Source: Gammaproteobacteria bacterium
GTDB taxonomy: Bacteria; Pseudomonadota; Gammaproteobacteria; JAJDOJ01
Assembly (NCBI GenBank): GCA_027030565.1
Contig: JALVEU010000023.1
Location: forward strand, 1 to 46,460
Reading direction: 5' to 3'
Length of the DNA: 46,460 nt
This document shows, piece by piece, positions 28,223 to 38,472 of the stretch (positions within the stretch are counted from its first letter, which is position 1; the number at the start of each line of letters is the position of its first letter). The translations under genes and the position numbers were made by a program. Below the pieces are notes generated by a model that was not told the origin of the DNA, made no database searches, and was given only the letters and a program-made list of their open reading frames with translations.

Positions 28223-29021
28223 GGCGCGTGTCTTCAGCGCCGTGGTGGGGATCGGTGCGGTCCTGCTGGCGGTGTTCGCGCTCGACTCACGGGGGTTTGC
28301 CGTGGCCGCAGCCTTGGTGATGGTGGCAGGGGCCTGGGAATGGGCGGCCTTGCTCGGATGGCGGGGGACCGCCCGTGTGGGGTACCTCGCTTGGATCTTG
28401 GCCGGAATCGGTGGGGCGGGCTGGCTGTTGACGCAGGGCCGCGGTCTTCCCCTGTTCGTGGCGGCCGCACTGTGGTGGGTTGCTGCCTTGGTGCTGCTCG
28501 CGCGCTGGGATCCCCAGCGGCCGGTGGGGCGCTGGACGCTCGCCTTGGCCGGGTTTCTGGGGCTGGTGCCGGCGTGGGCCGCTCTGGTGTGGCTGCACCT
28601 GCTGGGTCCCATGTGGCTGATGTATCTCTTCGGGCTGGTCTGGGTCGCCGATTCGGCCGCTTATTTCATCGGCCGCAGTTTCGGGCGACGGCGTCTGGCC
28701 CCCGCCCTCAGTCCTGGCAAGACCCTGGAAGGCCTCTGGGGTGCATTGGCCGTGGTGGCCGCCTATGCGGGTCTGGTTGCGTGGTGGCTGCGGTTCGGCG
28801 CCGTGGATGGGGTGTATTTCGTGCTGCTTGGGCTGTTGGCGGCCATGGTCTCCGTGGAGGGGGACTTGGTCGAGAGTATGCTCAAGCGCCGTTCCGGCGC
28901 GAAGGACAGCGGTCGTCTGATTCCAGGCCACGGTGGTGCGTTGGACCGGATCGACAGCCTGCTGGCTGCGGCCCCGGTCTTCGTGCTGGGGCTGCAAGGG
29001 CTGTCGCGACCTTTGCCCTGA
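28215..29021 (+). CDS. cdsA: phosphatidate cytidylyltransferase
   Basis: GTG 28215 overlaps the uppS end by 8 nt. Polytopic, with SPGKTLEG...[28 protein letters not shown] signature. Confidence 0.9.
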   Translation: MLRARVFSAVVGIGAVLLAVFALDSRGFAVAAALVMVAGAWEWAALLGWRGTARVGYLAWILAGIGGAGWLLTQGRGLPLFVAAALWWVAALVLLARWDPQRPVGRWTLALAGFLGLVPAWAALVWLHLLGPMWLMYLFGLVWVADSAAYFIGRSFGRRRLAPALSPGKTLEGLWGALAVVAAYAGLVAWWLRFGAVDGVYFVLLGLLAAMVSVEGDLVESMLKRRSGAKDSGRLIPGHGGALDRIDSLLAAAPVFVLGLQGLSRPLP

Positions 29022-29031
29022 GGGCACGGTG

Positions 29032-30225
29032 ATGGGTGAGCGGGCCGGCGTCACGATCCTGGGTTCCACCGGCAGTATCGGCGGCAGCACGCTGGACGTC
29101 CTGGCACGCCATTCGGATCGGTTCGAAGTGGTGGCGCTGACGGCCAACCGCGACGTGGACCGGATGCTCGCCCAGTGTCTGGAACATCGTCCGCGCCTGG
29201 CGGTGATGCGCGAGGAACGGGCCGCCGAACGGCTCGCCGAGGGTCTGGCAGGCGCAGGCCTGAAGACGGAGGTCCTGCACGGCACCGAGGGCCTGTGCCA
29301 CGCGGCGACCCTGCCCGAGATCGCCCATGTGATGGCGGCCATCGTGGGCGCGGCAGGGCTGGCGCCTACCCTGGCCGCCGCGCGCGCCGGCAAGCGGGTG
29401 CTGCTGGCCAACAAGGAGGCCCTGGTGATGTCCGGGGCCCTGTTCATGGAGGAGGTGCGACGGCACGGCGCCGAGCTTCTCCCCATCGACAGCGAACACA
29501 ATGCCATCTTCCAGTGCATGCCGCCCGGATTCGCCCGCGGCCTGGATGCGGTGGGGGTGGAGGAGATCCTGCTCACCGGCTCTGGTGGCCCGTTTCGTCA
29601 GACCCCCCTGGAGCAGCTGCGTGACGTCACCCCCGAACAGGCCGTGGCGCACCCGAACTGGAACATGGGAGCCAAGATCTCCGTGGACTCGGCCACCATG
29701 ATGAACAAGGGCCTGGAGATCATCGAGGCCTGCTGGCTGTTCGGCACCGGACCGGAGCGCATCCAGGTGGTGGTGCACCCCCAGAGCGTGGTGCACTCCC
29801 TGGTACGTTACGTGGATGGTTCCGTGCTCGCGCAGATGGGCAACCCGGACATGCGGACCCCCATCGCCCACGCCCTGGCCTGGCCTGAGCGCATGGCCGC
29901 CGGGGTCGAGCCGCTGGATCTCATGGCGGTGGCCCGACTCGACTTCGAGGCCCCGGACGAGCGGCGTTTCCCGTGTCTGCGCCTGGCCCGGGAGGCTATG
30001 CAGGCCGGCGGTACCGCCACGGCCATCCTCAACGCAGCCAACGAGGTGGCGGTGGCGCGCTTTCTCGAGGGCAGGCTCCGGTTCACGGACATCGCCCGGG
30101 TGATCGAGACGGTGATGGAGGAGCGCCCCTTTGGGGCCGCCGACCGGCTGGAGGCCGTCCTGGAAGCCGACCGCCTGGCCCGGGAGGCCGCCGAACGGGT
30201 GGCCCGGCGTCTGGAGGTGCGTTGA
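29032..30225 (+). CDS. dxr: 1-deoxy-D-xylulose-5-phosphate reductoisomerase
   Basis: [17 protein letters not shown]...LANKEALV...[10 protein letters not shown]...[23 protein letters not shown]. Confidence 0.96.
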   Translation: MGERAGVTILGSTGSIGGSTLDVLARHSDRFEVVALTANRDVDRMLAQCLEHRPRLAVMREERAAERLAEGLAGAGLKTEVLHGTEGLCHAATLPEIAHVMAAIVGAAGLAPTLAAARAGKRVLLANKEALVMSGALFMEEVRRHGAELLPIDSEHNAIFQCMPPGFARGLDAVGVEEILLTGSGGPFRQTPLEQLRDVTPEQAVAHPNWNMGAKISVDSATMMNKGLEIIEACWLFGTGPERIQVVVHPQSVVHSLVRYVDGSVLAQMGNPDMRTPIAHALAWPERMAAGVEPLDLMAVARLDFEAPDERRFPCLRLAREAMQAGGTATAILNAANEVAVARFLEGRLRFTDIARVIETVMEERPFGAADRLEAVLEADRLAREAAERVARRLEVR

Positions 30226-30226
30226 G

Positions 30227-31585
30227 ATGTCGGCCCTGTTCAATCTCGCCGCCTTCGTCGTGACCATCGGGATCCTGGTGACCTTTCACGAGTTCGGGCA
30301 CTTCTGGGTGGCGCGCAGGCTGGGAATCCGGGTACTGCGGTTCTCTGTCGGGTTCGGGCGGGCCTTATGGAAGAAAGTGGCAGGCGCCGACCGCGTCGAA
30401 TATGTGGTTGCGGCCATTCCGCTGGGCGGGTATGTGAAGATGCTCGACGAGCGGGAGGGCCCTGTTCCGGAGGCCGAGCGCCCCCGGGCTTTCAATCGCC
30501 AGCCGGTGTGGAAACGTATGGCGGTGGTCTCGGCAGGGCCTGCGGCCAATCTGCTCCTCGCGGTCATCGTCTACTGGTGCATGTACATGGTGGGCGTGCA
30601 GGGACTGCGCCCGGTGGTCGGTGAAGTCCTGCCCGGCACGCCGGCCGCCGCCTCCGGCCTGACCTCCGGCGACGAGATCCTGAGCATCGCGGGGCGTCCC
30701 ACTCCCACCTGGCAGGACGTGACGTTGACTCTGCTCGACGAGGCGCTGGGCAAGGGCGAGGTGGTCGTGAACGTACGCACGCCCTCCGGGGCCGAGCAGG
30801 CCCTGGTGCTGGACCTGCACGACAGTGCCCTGCTGGCCGATGAGGACCTCATGAAACGCATCGGCATCGAACCTTGGCGGCCGCAGCTGCAGCCGGTGAT
30901 CGGCAAACTGGTCGAAGGTGGGCCGGCGGAGCGTTCCGGGCTCAGGCCGGGCGATCGCATCGTGGCGGTGGAGGGCCGGCCGGTGGAGACCTGGTCCGAG
31001 TGGGTCGAGTGGGTGCGAGCGCACCCGGGGCAGCGGCTGCGGGTGACCGTTGAGCGTGAAGGGCGACGAGTGCCGGTGGAGCTGGAGATCGGGGTGGCGG
31101 AAGAGGAGGGGCGCAAGATCGGCCGGATCGGTGCGTACCCGCGGATCGACGAGACACAGCTCGCCCAAATGCGAGTCACGGTCCGCTACGGCCCGGTGGA
31201 GAGCCTGTACCGGGGCGCAGTGAAGACCTGGGACGTCACCGTCCTCACCCTCAAGGTGCTGTGGAAGCTGGTTACCGGCCAGGCCTCGTTGAAGAACATC
31301 AGCGGTCCGGTGACCATCGCCGAGTATGCAGGGGTCTCCGCCGCAGTGGGCCTTTCGGCATTCCTCGGGGCGCTGGGCCTGCTCAGCGTGAGCATCGGGA
31401 TCTTGAATCTGTTGCCCATTCCCGTGCTCGATGGCGGGCACCTGCTGTTCTATCTGGTGGAGGCGGTGAAGGGTAGTCCGGTCTCGGACCGCGCCCAGGA
31501 GTTTGCACAGCGTGTCGGGTTCGCGTTGCTCGGGGCCCTCATGATCCTTGCACTGTACAACGACCTCGTGCGGGTGCTGCGCTGA
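30227..31585 (+). CDS. rseP: site-2 protease RseP (sigma-E protease)
   Basis: FHEFGHFWVARRLG (HExxH), two PDZ-like segments, NLLPIPVLDGGH. Confidence 0.95.
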   Translation: MSALFNLAAFVVTIGILVTFHEFGHFWVARRLGIRVLRFSVGFGRALWKKVAGADRVEYVVAAIPLGGYVKMLDEREGPVPEAERPRAFNRQPVWKRMAVVSAGPAANLLLAVIVYWCMYMVGVQGLRPVVGEVLPGTPAAASGLTSGDEILSIAGRPTPTWQDVTLTLLDEALGKGEVVVNVRTPSGAEQALVLDLHDSALLADEDLMKRIGIEPWRPQLQPVIGKLVEGGPAERSGLRPGDRIVAVEGRPVETWSEWVEWVRAHPGQRLRVTVEREGRRVPVELEIGVAEEEGRKIGRIGAYPRIDETQLAQMRVTVRYGPVESLYRGAVKTWDVTVLTLKVLWKLVTGQASLKNISGPVTIAEYAGVSAAVGLSAFLGALGLLSVSIGILNLLPIPVLDGGHLLFYLVEAVKGSPVSDRAQEFAQRVGFALLGALMILALYNDLVRVLR

Positions 31586-33888
31586 TGGATGGGGCACATC
31601 GTGGCTGGATGGCCAGCCTCCTGTGGTTGCTCGTGCTCGCCATGCTGCTGGGATGGGGCAGTGTCCGTGCCGAGTCCTTCACGGTGCGCGACATCCAGGT
31701 CGAGGGTGTGGAGCGTATCGAGCCCGGCACCGTGTTCACCTATCTCCCGGTGAAGGTGGGCGAGTCTTTCGATACGCGCCGGGCGCCGGAGGTCATCCGG
31801 GCACTGTATCGAACGGGGTTCTTCAGCGATGTGGCCCTGTATCGGCGCGGCGACACGCTGGTGGTGCGAGTCAAGGAGCGGCCGGCCATCGCGGAGATCA
31901 CCTTCGACGGCAACAAGGACATCAAGGACGAGGACCTGAAGAAGGCCCTGGAGACCGTGGGGATCGCCAAGGGGCGGGTCTACAATCCTTCCGTCCTGGA
32001 GCGCCTCGAACAGGAACTGCGCCAGCAGTACTTCGCACGCGGCAAGTACAACGTGCGTATCGACGTGCAGACCAAGACACTGCCGCGCAATCGGGTCTCC
32101 ATCCACATTCAGATTGCCGAGGGCAAACCGGCGCGGATCCGGCGCATCAGCATCGTGGGCAACCGGGCGTTCGACGACGACGCACTGAAGGGTCGCTTCA
32201 AGTCGGGCAAGAAACCCTGGTGGAACCCCTTCAGCACCCGCAACCGTTACGCCAAGGCCAAGCTCGCCGGAGACCTGGAGATCCTGCGCAGTTACTACCT
32301 CGATCGCGGCTATCTGCGCTTCGAGATCGCCTCGACCGAGGTCTCCATCACACCAGACAACCGGGACATCTACATCACCATCGACGTCCTGGAAGGGCAG
32401 CGCTACTCGGTCTCGGACGTACGCTTGGCGGGCGAGTTCCCGGTACCGGAGGAAGAGCTCTCGCGGCTGGTCGCCATCCATCCGGGTGAGATCTTTTCCC
32501 GCCGCAAGGTGGTCAAGAGCATCGACAACATCCAGCGGCGGCTGGGCGACGAGGGCTATGCCTTCGCCAAGATCAATCCGATTCCGGAGGTGGACGACGC
32601 CACGCGGCAAGTGGCGCTCACGCTGTTCATCGATCCGGGGCACCGGGTCTACGTGCGCAGGATCCGTTTCGTGGGCAATCAGGCCACGCGTGACGTGGTC
32701 TTCCGGCGCGAGCTGCGCCAGATGGAGGGTGGCTGGTATTCGCTGAGCAAGATCGAGCTCTCCCGCCAGCGTCTGCAACGTCTGAGCTTCGTGGAGTCCG
32801 CCCAATTCGAGACCAGGCGGGTGCCGGGCAGCGACGATCTGGTGGACCTGGAGGTGAAGATCAAGGAGCGCAAGTCTGGCAGTTTCTCGATCGGGATCGG
32901 TTATTCCCAGGCCCAGGGGGTGCTGTTCAACCTGAGCCTGAGCGAGGACAACTTCCTGGGTACCGGAAAGCGGGTCTCCGCACGCTTCGACAACAGTCGG
33001 GTCAGCCAGGTCTACAGCCTGTCGTACGTCAATCCGTACTTCACCGTGGACGGGATCAGTGCAGGCTTCAACATCTCGTACACCTCCATCGACGCCGAGC
33101 AGGCCAATGTATCCAACTATGCCACCGACCGCTTCGACGTGGGCTTCAACACCGGCATCCCCCTGACCGAGTGGGACACCCTGCGCGCCGCCATCGACAC
33201 CGAATGGATCCGCGTGAAGACACGCGCGGACACGCCCCAGGAGATCCTGGACTTCCTGGACCGCAATGGTGACCGGTATTTGAACTTTCCCCTGGTGCTG
33301 AGCCTCATCCACGACAGCCGCGACCGTGCCATCTTCGCCACCCGAGGCAATCGGCAGCGACTCAGTCTGGAGGTCACCATACCGGGCAGCGATCTGGAGT
33401 ACTACAAGGTCGGTTACCGTTATCGCCAGTACATTCCCTTGCGCAACTGGCTGACCGGTGTGGTGCGCACCAACGTGGCCTATGGCAACACCTATGGCGA
33501 CGACGGCGACCTGCCCTTTTTCGAGAAGTACTACGCCGGCGGCGTGCGCAGTGTCCGCGGCTACCGCACCAACACCTTGGGACCCCGGGACTCGCGCGGT
33601 GATCCATTCGGCGGTGACTTCCGGACCGTGGGCTCGGTGGAACTGGTCTTTCCCGTGCCGTTCATAGAAAAGAGCGAGAACATGCGCTTGAGCGTGTTTA
33701 TGGATGCAGGTAATGTATTCGCCCGGCCCGGCGATTGGGCCCTGGGAGAGATTCGGGCCTCGGCGGGCGTGGCGTTCGCTTGGGTCTCGCCCATCGGGGC
33801 CCTGAAGTTTTCTTACGCGCTGCCGATCAACGACCAGCCAGGCGACAAGCTCGAGGCCTTCCAGTTCAATGTCGGTACCGCCTTTTGA
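31585..33888 (+). CDS. bamA: outer membrane protein assembly factor BamA
   Basis: ATG shares TGATG with the rseP stop. POTRA repeats (FTVRDIQVEGVERIE..., ISIVGNRAF...). C-terminal barrel ending ...FQFNVGTAF. Confidence 0.95.
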   Translation: MDGAHRGWMASLLWLLVLAMLLGWGSVRAESFTVRDIQVEGVERIEPGTVFTYLPVKVGESFDTRRAPEVIRALYRTGFFSDVALYRRGDTLVVRVKERPAIAEITFDGNKDIKDEDLKKALETVGIAKGRVYNPSVLERLEQELRQQYFARGKYNVRIDVQTKTLPRNRVSIHIQIAEGKPARIRRISIVGNRAFDDDALKGRFKSGKKPWWNPFSTRNRYAKAKLAGDLEILRSYYLDRGYLRFEIASTEVSITPDNRDIYITIDVLEGQRYSVSDVRLAGEFPVPEEELSRLVAIHPGEIFSRRKVVKSIDNIQRRLGDEGYAFAKINPIPEVDDATRQVALTLFIDPGHRVYVRRIRFVGNQATRDVVFRRELRQMEGGWYSLSKIELSRQRLQRLSFVESAQFETRRVPGSDDLVDLEVKIKERKSGSFSIGIGYSQAQGVLFNLSLSEDNFLGTGKRVSARFDNSRVSQVYSLSYVNPYFTVDGISAGFNISYTSIDAEQANVSNYATDRFDVGFNTGIPLTEWDTLRAAIDTEWIRVKTRADTPQEILDFLDRNGDRYLNFPLVLSLIHDSRDRAIFATRGNRQRLSLEVTIPGSDLEYYKVGYRYRQYIPLRNWLTGVVRTNVAYGNTYGDDGDLPFFEKYYAGGVRSVRGYRTNTLGPRDSRGDPFGGDFRTVGSVELVFPVPFIEKSENMRLSVFMDAGNVFARPGDWALGEIRASAGVAFAWVSPIGALKFSYALPINDQPGDKLEAFQFNVGTAF

Positions 33889-33901
33889 TGGGAGAGTCAT
33901 C

Positions 33902-34417
33902 TTGATCAGGATCGTCACCGTCGTATTGCTCATCGTCCTCTCCCTGGGACCGGGGCTCGCCTCGGCGGCTTCGTCCGTCAAGATCGGTTTCGTCAACAGC
34001 AAGGTCATCCTGGAGAAGGCGCCCCAGGCGGTCGCGGCCAACAAGCGGCTGGAGAAAGAGTTCTCCTCACGCAAGGCCTCCCTGGAGGCCAAGGCCAAGG
34101 AGATCCAGGCGCTCGAGCGGAAACTGGCCAAGGACGGTGTGGCCATGAGCGAGTCGCGGCGCGCCGACCTGGAACACAAGATCCTGAAGAAGAAGCGTGA
34201 TCTCGAGCGAGCGCAGGACGCGTTTCGAGAAGACTACACATTGCGCCTCAACGAAGAGTTGGCCAAGCTGCAGCGCGAGGTCACGCGGGTCATCAAGGAG
34301 ATCGCTGAGCAGGAACACTACGATCTCATCCTCGCCGAGAACCACGTCGTCTATGCGGCAAAGCGCATCGACATCACCGACAAGATCCTCAAGCGGCTGA
34401 GCAAGTCCAGGAAATGA
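33902..34417 (+). CDS. skp: periplasmic chaperone Skp (OmpH family)
   Basis: TTG 33902 with GGGAGAG 5 nt upstream gives signal peptide (M)[21 protein letters not shown], then [17 protein letters not shown] and a coiled-coil body. The track start 33869 lies inside bamA. Confidence 0.85.
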   Translation: MIRIVTVVLLIVLSLGPGLASAASSVKIGFVNSKVILEKAPQAVAANKRLEKEFSSRKASLEAKAKEIQALERKLAKDGVAMSESRRADLEHKILKKKRDLERAQDAFREDYTLRLNEELAKLQREVTRVIKEIAEQEHYDLILAENHVVYAAKRIDITDKILKRLSKSRK

Positions 34418-34487
34418 CCGCTGCCGCAGGACCGGTCGCCCCGAGGGGCTCCTGTTCCCCATGTTCGCCGTGCAGCAGGAGCCGCCC

Positions 34488-34943
34488 ATGAGCAGCGCCT
34501 CAATCCCTGTTTTCGACGTCCACGGCATCATGCGGCGGCTTCCCCAGCGCTTCCCGTTTCTGATGCTCGATCGCGTGGTGGCCTGCGAGCCCGGCAAGTC
34601 GCTCACCGCCATCAAGAATGTGACCATCAACGAGCCCTTCTTTCAGGGGCATTTCCCAGGGCTGCCGCTGATGCCCGGCGTCCTGATCCTCGAAGCGCTC
34701 GCCCAAGCCACGGGCGTGCTGGCCTTTTGCACCGTAGAGGCCATGCCCGATGATCGGAAATTCTTGTTCGTGGGGATCGACAAGGCGCGCTTCAAGCGCC
34801 AAGTGGTTCCCGGAGACCAGCTCCAGCTGCACGTGGAGTACGTCCGGGACCGGCGTGGCATCTGGGTCTTCAACGGTGAGGCACGCGTGGAAGAGGAGGT
34901 GGCGGCCACGGCAGTGCTCATGTGCGCGGACAGAGAAATCTAA
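34488..34943 (+). CDS. fabZ: 3-hydroxyacyl-ACP dehydratase FabZ
   Basis: [14 protein letters not shown]...[30 protein letters not shown] 34488 has AGGAG 6 nt upstream. Alternative ATG at 34461. Confidence 0.95.
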   Translation: MSSASIPVFDVHGIMRRLPQRFPFLMLDRVVACEPGKSLTAIKNVTINEPFFQGHFPGLPLMPGVLILEALAQATGVLAFCTVEAMPDDRKFLFVGIDKARFKRQVVPGDQLQLHVEYVRDRRGIWVFNGEARVEEEVAATAVLMCADREI

Positions 34944-35723
34944 TTGATCCATCCGACTGCGCTCATCGATCCCGCCGCCGAGCTGGCCGAAGATGTGGAG
35001 GTGGGTCCCTACTGCATCGTGGGCGCACGCGTGCGGATCGGCCCGCGGACCCGGCTCGGGCCGCACGTGGTCATCCAGGGGCCGACGCGAATCGGTGCGG
35101 ACAACCGGATCTTTCAGTTCGCCTCCCTCGGCGAGATCCCTCAAGACAAGAAATACCGCGGGGAAGACAGCGAGCTGATCATCGGCGACGGCAATACGAT
35201 CCGCGAGTACGTGACCATCAATCGGGGAACGTCATTGGATCGTGGGCGGACCAGCGTGGGCGACCGCAACTGGATCATGGCCTATGTCCACATCGCCCAC
35301 GACTGTGTGGTTGGCTCCGATACCATTTTTTCCAACGGAGCCACCCTGGCCGGTCACGTCGTCATCGAAGACCACGCCACCCTGGGCGGGTTCACCCTCG
35401 TGCACCAATTTTGCCGGATCGGCGCCTATGCCTTCTGTGGCATGGGCACCGCCATCAACCGGGACGTCCCGCCCTATGTGATGGTGGCCGGCAACCCCGC
35501 CAAGCCCTATGGGCTGAACAAGGAGGGGCTGCGGCGCAAGGGTTTTCGGGAAGAGACGATCCGCGCCCTGCAGCGGGCCTACAAGCTGCTCGTCAGGCGT
35601 GGCCCCCTCGCGGACTATGAGCGTGTACAGCTGGCGGAAGACCGGCGTGCCCATCCAGAGGTGGAGCGTTTCGCTCGTTTCGTCGAGGGCAGCGCTCGGG
35701 GCATTCTGCGCGAACCCAATTGA
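34944..35723 (+). CDS. lpxA: acyl-ACP--UDP-N-acetylglucosamine O-acyltransferase LpxA
   Basis: TTG start directly after the fabZ TAA. (M)IHPTALIDPAAELAEDVEVGPYCIVG hexapeptide repeats ... NKEGLRRKGF. Confidence 0.95.
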   Translation: MIHPTALIDPAAELAEDVEVGPYCIVGARVRIGPRTRLGPHVVIQGPTRIGADNRIFQFASLGEIPQDKKYRGEDSELIIGDGNTIREYVTINRGTSLDRGRTSVGDRNWIMAYVHIAHDCVVGSDTIFSNGATLAGHVVIEDHATLGGFTLVHQFCRIGAYAFCGMGTAINRDVPPYVMVAGNPAKPYGLNKEGLRRKGFREETIRALQRAYKLLVRRGPLADYERVQLAEDRRAHPEVERFARFVEGSARGILREPN

Positions 35724-35875
35724 CCCACCGCCAGCTCGTGGTGCGGGTTGGCGGCGCTCGCTTTCCGGTACGTTGGCAAATCCCGACCGCCGGCGATCGG
35801 GAGGCTGCCCCGTCGGTCCTACACCGCCCAAAAGGACGTTTGGTCCGTGACCGCCGGCAGGCGGTTCCAGCCGGG

Positions 35876-36310
35876 TCAGGCGGCTGCCTTCTCGAACCGC
35901 CGGATCAGGGGATAGAGCTTCTCGGTCTCACTCTGGATGCGGTGCAGAATCGTCTCGAAGAGCTCCCGGGTGTCGCGCAGGAAGGCCTCGTGGTCGGCGA
36001 TGCGAAGCCCGCGGTGCTTCTTGTCGCACCACTTGCGGGTGTAAGTGCTGATGATGCGCTTGATCTCCTGTTCCCCGGACATGAAATTGCGGGCCGTCTC
36101 GGAGGCCTGCTCGTCCTTGGCACGCAGGAGGGTTCCGTAGAGATGGTCCACCTTGGACAGATGTGCGTGCACCTTGTCCAGATAGGTGTAGAAGAGCTCG
36201 CAACCGGTCTCCGTGTCGCACATGGCCCGATCCTGGAATAGATAGAGCAAAACATTGGCCAGTTCGGTGAGTTTGTGATTCTCTTCGTGCAGTTCTTCGA
36301 TCGATACCAT
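35876..36310 (-). CDS. hemerythrin-like (HHE cation-binding) domain protein, tentative
   Basis: All-helical 144 aa. IEELHEENHKL, LDKVHAHLSKVDHLY and LHRIQSETEKLYPLI resemble the H..E / H...EE..LfP repeats of hemerythrin-like domains. ATG 36310 lies inside the track ORF. GC looks slightly lower than in neighbours. Confidence 0.5.
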   Translation of the reverse strand: MVSIEELHEENHKLTELANVLLYLFQDRAMCDTETGCELFYTYLDKVHAHLSKVDHLYGTLLRAKDEQASETARNFMSGEQEIKRIISTYTRKWCDKKHRGLRIADHEAFLRDTRELFETILHRIQSETEKLYPLIRRFEKAAA

Positions 36311-36458
36311 GACGACCTGTACCTCGCGCGCGTGGCAGGATTGGATTTCAGACTGGGTCCAGGTCAAGTTATGGCCCGGGACGGGTCAGGTCAACCAATC
36401 CACACGGCGGGACGCCGCCGCTGGTTGATCCCTGTCAATGGAACACCGGCAGTCGCGA

Positions 36459-36884
36459 TCAATCCTCGCCGATTACGGTGCACACCACGCGCCGCTGGCC
36501 CCGCGGACCGTCGAACTCGCAGAAGAAGATGTTCTGCCAGGTGGAAAGCCCCAGGCCGCCGTCGATCAGGGGGATCGTCTCGGAAGGGCCCACCAGTCCG
36601 GACTTCAGGTGTGCGTCGCCGTTCCCGTCTTGGCGGTCGTGGAGCCAGACGCCCTGTGGAATGAGTTTCTGGAGGAGGTGGACCACGTCGGTCTGCACGC
36701 TCTCGTCCCAGTTCTCCTGGATCATGATCGCAGCGGTTGCGCCCTGTGCGTACACGGTCACGAGCCCGTTTCGGATGCCGCTGCGCGAGACGATCGTGCG
36801 GACACGCTCCGTGATGTCGATCAGCTCCTCCCGGCGTGCGGTGGCGAGCCGCAGGATTTCCCGGTGGAGCCTGCAGCCGGACAT
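36459..36884 (-). CDS. YjbQ/UPF0047 family protein (secondary thiamine-phosphate synthase family)
   Basis: ELIDITERVRTIV...GLVTVYAQGATAAIMIQENWDESVQTD...DGNGDAHLKS...LGLSTWQNIFFCEFDGPR is the characteristic YjbQ pattern. Confidence 0.85.
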   Translation of the reverse strand: MSGCRLHREILRLATARREELIDITERVRTIVSRSGIRNGLVTVYAQGATAAIMIQENWDESVQTDVVHLLQKLIPQGVWLHDRQDGNGDAHLKSGLVGPSETIPLIDGGLGLSTWQNIFFCEFDGPRGQRRVVCTVIGED

Positions 36885-36885
36885 A

Positions 36886-38328
36886 TCAGTGGTTGGGGGG
36901 TGTGACGGCTTCGGTCTGGCCGCCGGCGGACGTTATACCTGGTCCGACCCCTGACGACCCCTGCCTTTCGAGCCACCAAAGGGCCCCGTAGGTCGCCGCA
37001 AACACGAGGACGAACACGGCCGCGGCGGCGAGCAGCGAGCGCCCACGTGCGGAATGCTGCGCATCCAGGCTGGTTTCTGATGGCTCGACTTCCTCCAGCT
37101 CCCTGTCCAGGAGCTGGAACTTCGGTTCGGCCGTGGATTCCTTTCCCTCTACAGGGGCTTCTTCGGTTGCAGGGGGCTCGGAGAGGGTGGGCTCGCGGCG
37201 TTCGGTGTCCAGCGCGGTGGACAGTTCCTGCTCGGGTCGCGGCAGGTCGTCGAGCCCGGGCATCTCGGGTGCGGTCGTCACGAGGCTGGCCACGGCGGCA
37301 TCGCCACCCGGGGCGGACGAGTCCGATGCAGGCTCCTGTACCACCGGGGCCAACGCAGCAGCGGCAGCGCCATGGGCGCGGTGCTGCCGGACGGCACGGT
37401 GCCAACGCGCATAACGCGAGGTTCCCCTGGCGTAGGCGGGGCCTTTGCTCCTGCGGCGCTTGTCCGGTCGGTCGGATCCGCCGGATTCGGGTGTGGGCTG
37501 GGCGAGGCTCTCGAACATCTCCGCCGGCAGCTCGGCCACCACCTCTTCCACATCGTCGGCCGTGAGCAGGTGTTTCTCGTCCACGGCGCCCGCCAGCAGC
37601 AGCCGACTGCAAAGGAGGTTGATCTTTCGCGGAATCCCCCCGCTGTACCGATGGAGCAGGGACAAGGCCTCGTCGGTGATCTGGGGATCGCCGCTCCAGC
37701 CGGCCACTTCCAGGCGATGGATCACGTATTCGGCCGTCTCCGTCTCCTCCAGGGGGTCGAAGTGGCAGGAGGCGACGATGCGCTGGCGGAGCTGCTCCAT
37801 GGCCGGGCCCCGGATCAGGTTGCGCAGTTGTGGCTGACCGAGTAGGAAGATCTGGAACCGGTGATCGGGGTCGAGCTGGATGTTGGTCAGCAGTCTGAGC
37901 TCCTCCAGCGCTTGCTCGCTCAGGTGCTGCGCCTCGTCGATGATCAGCAGCACGTGCTTGCCCGCCTGGAATTGCCGCAGGAGGAACTGGTGGATGTTAT
38001 GGAGCACTGTGGCCCGATCCATGCCCTCGGCCTGGATACCGAAGGTATAGGCGACCATGCGCAGGAGTGCCTCCAGCTCCAGATGGGTGGTCAGCAGACG
38101 CGCCACGTAGATGTCGTGCTGGTCGGCGTACTCCTCCAGCAGGTCGTTGATCACCGTCGACTTGCCGGTCCCGGGGACGCCCGTGACGATCACCAGGCCT
38201 TCACCGCGCAGGAGGCCATACTCCAGGTGCGCCCGTGCCTTGACGTACGACTTGTGCGGGAAAGAAAACCGGTGGTCGGGACTGATGACGAACGGGTCGG
38301 CTGTCAGCTTGTAGAACGACTCGTACAT
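36886..38328 (-). CDS. ExeA/GspA-family AAA ATPase with disordered linker and C-terminal transmembrane anchor
   Basis: MYESFYKLTADPFVISPDHRFSFPHKSY...GLVIVTGVPGTGKST (Walker A)...LLIIDEAQHL (Walker B)...GIPRKINLLCSRLL. Then ~150 aa of low-complexity sequence, a TM helix SLLAAAAVFVLVFAATYGALWWL and a 27-aa tail. ATG 38328 with AGGGAGGG upstream. Confidence 0.8.
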   Translation of the reverse strand: MYESFYKLTADPFVISPDHRFSFPHKSYVKARAHLEYGLLRGEGLVIVTGVPGTGKSTVINDLLEEYADQHDIYVARLLTTHLELEALLRMVAYTFGIQAEGMDRATVLHNIHQFLLRQFQAGKHVLLIIDEAQHLSEQALEELRLLTNIQLDPDHRFQIFLLGQPQLRNLIRGPAMEQLRQRIVASCHFDPLEETETAEYVIHRLEVAGWSGDPQITDEALSLLHRYSGGIPRKINLLCSRLLLAGAVDEKHLLTADDVEEVVAELPAEMFESLAQPTPESGGSDRPDKRRRSKGPAYARGTSRYARWHRAVRQHRAHGAAAAALAPVVQEPASDSSAPGGDAAVASLVTTAPEMPGLDDLPRPEQELSTALDTERREPTLSEPPATEEAPVEGKESTAEPKFQLLDRELEEVEPSETSLDAQHSARGRSLLAAAAVFVLVFAATYGALWWLERQGSSGVGPGITSAGGQTEAVTPPNH

Positions 38329-38472
38329 GGCCCTCCCTGCATGCAGATGGTGCTCGCCGCAGTGCACCGGTGATCGAAGCGGGTCACAGTATCAAGTGTA
38401 TCTCGTGGGCGAGCCCGATACCGTGCACGCGCCCACAGACCGGCCTCCAGGCCCTGCTGTGGCCCATCGTGG

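Noticed and set aside
25187-28612. 1141-aa minus-strand ORF
   Set aside because: It is antisense to tsf-pyrH-frr-uppS-cdsA, which are unambiguous. Its product is Arg/Gly/Pro/His-rich low-complexity sequence, typical of stop-poor antisense frames in GC-rich DNA.
31450-34179. 909-aa minus-strand ORF
   Set aside because: It is antisense to bamA/skp. This is the same GC-rich artefact, with no motifs.
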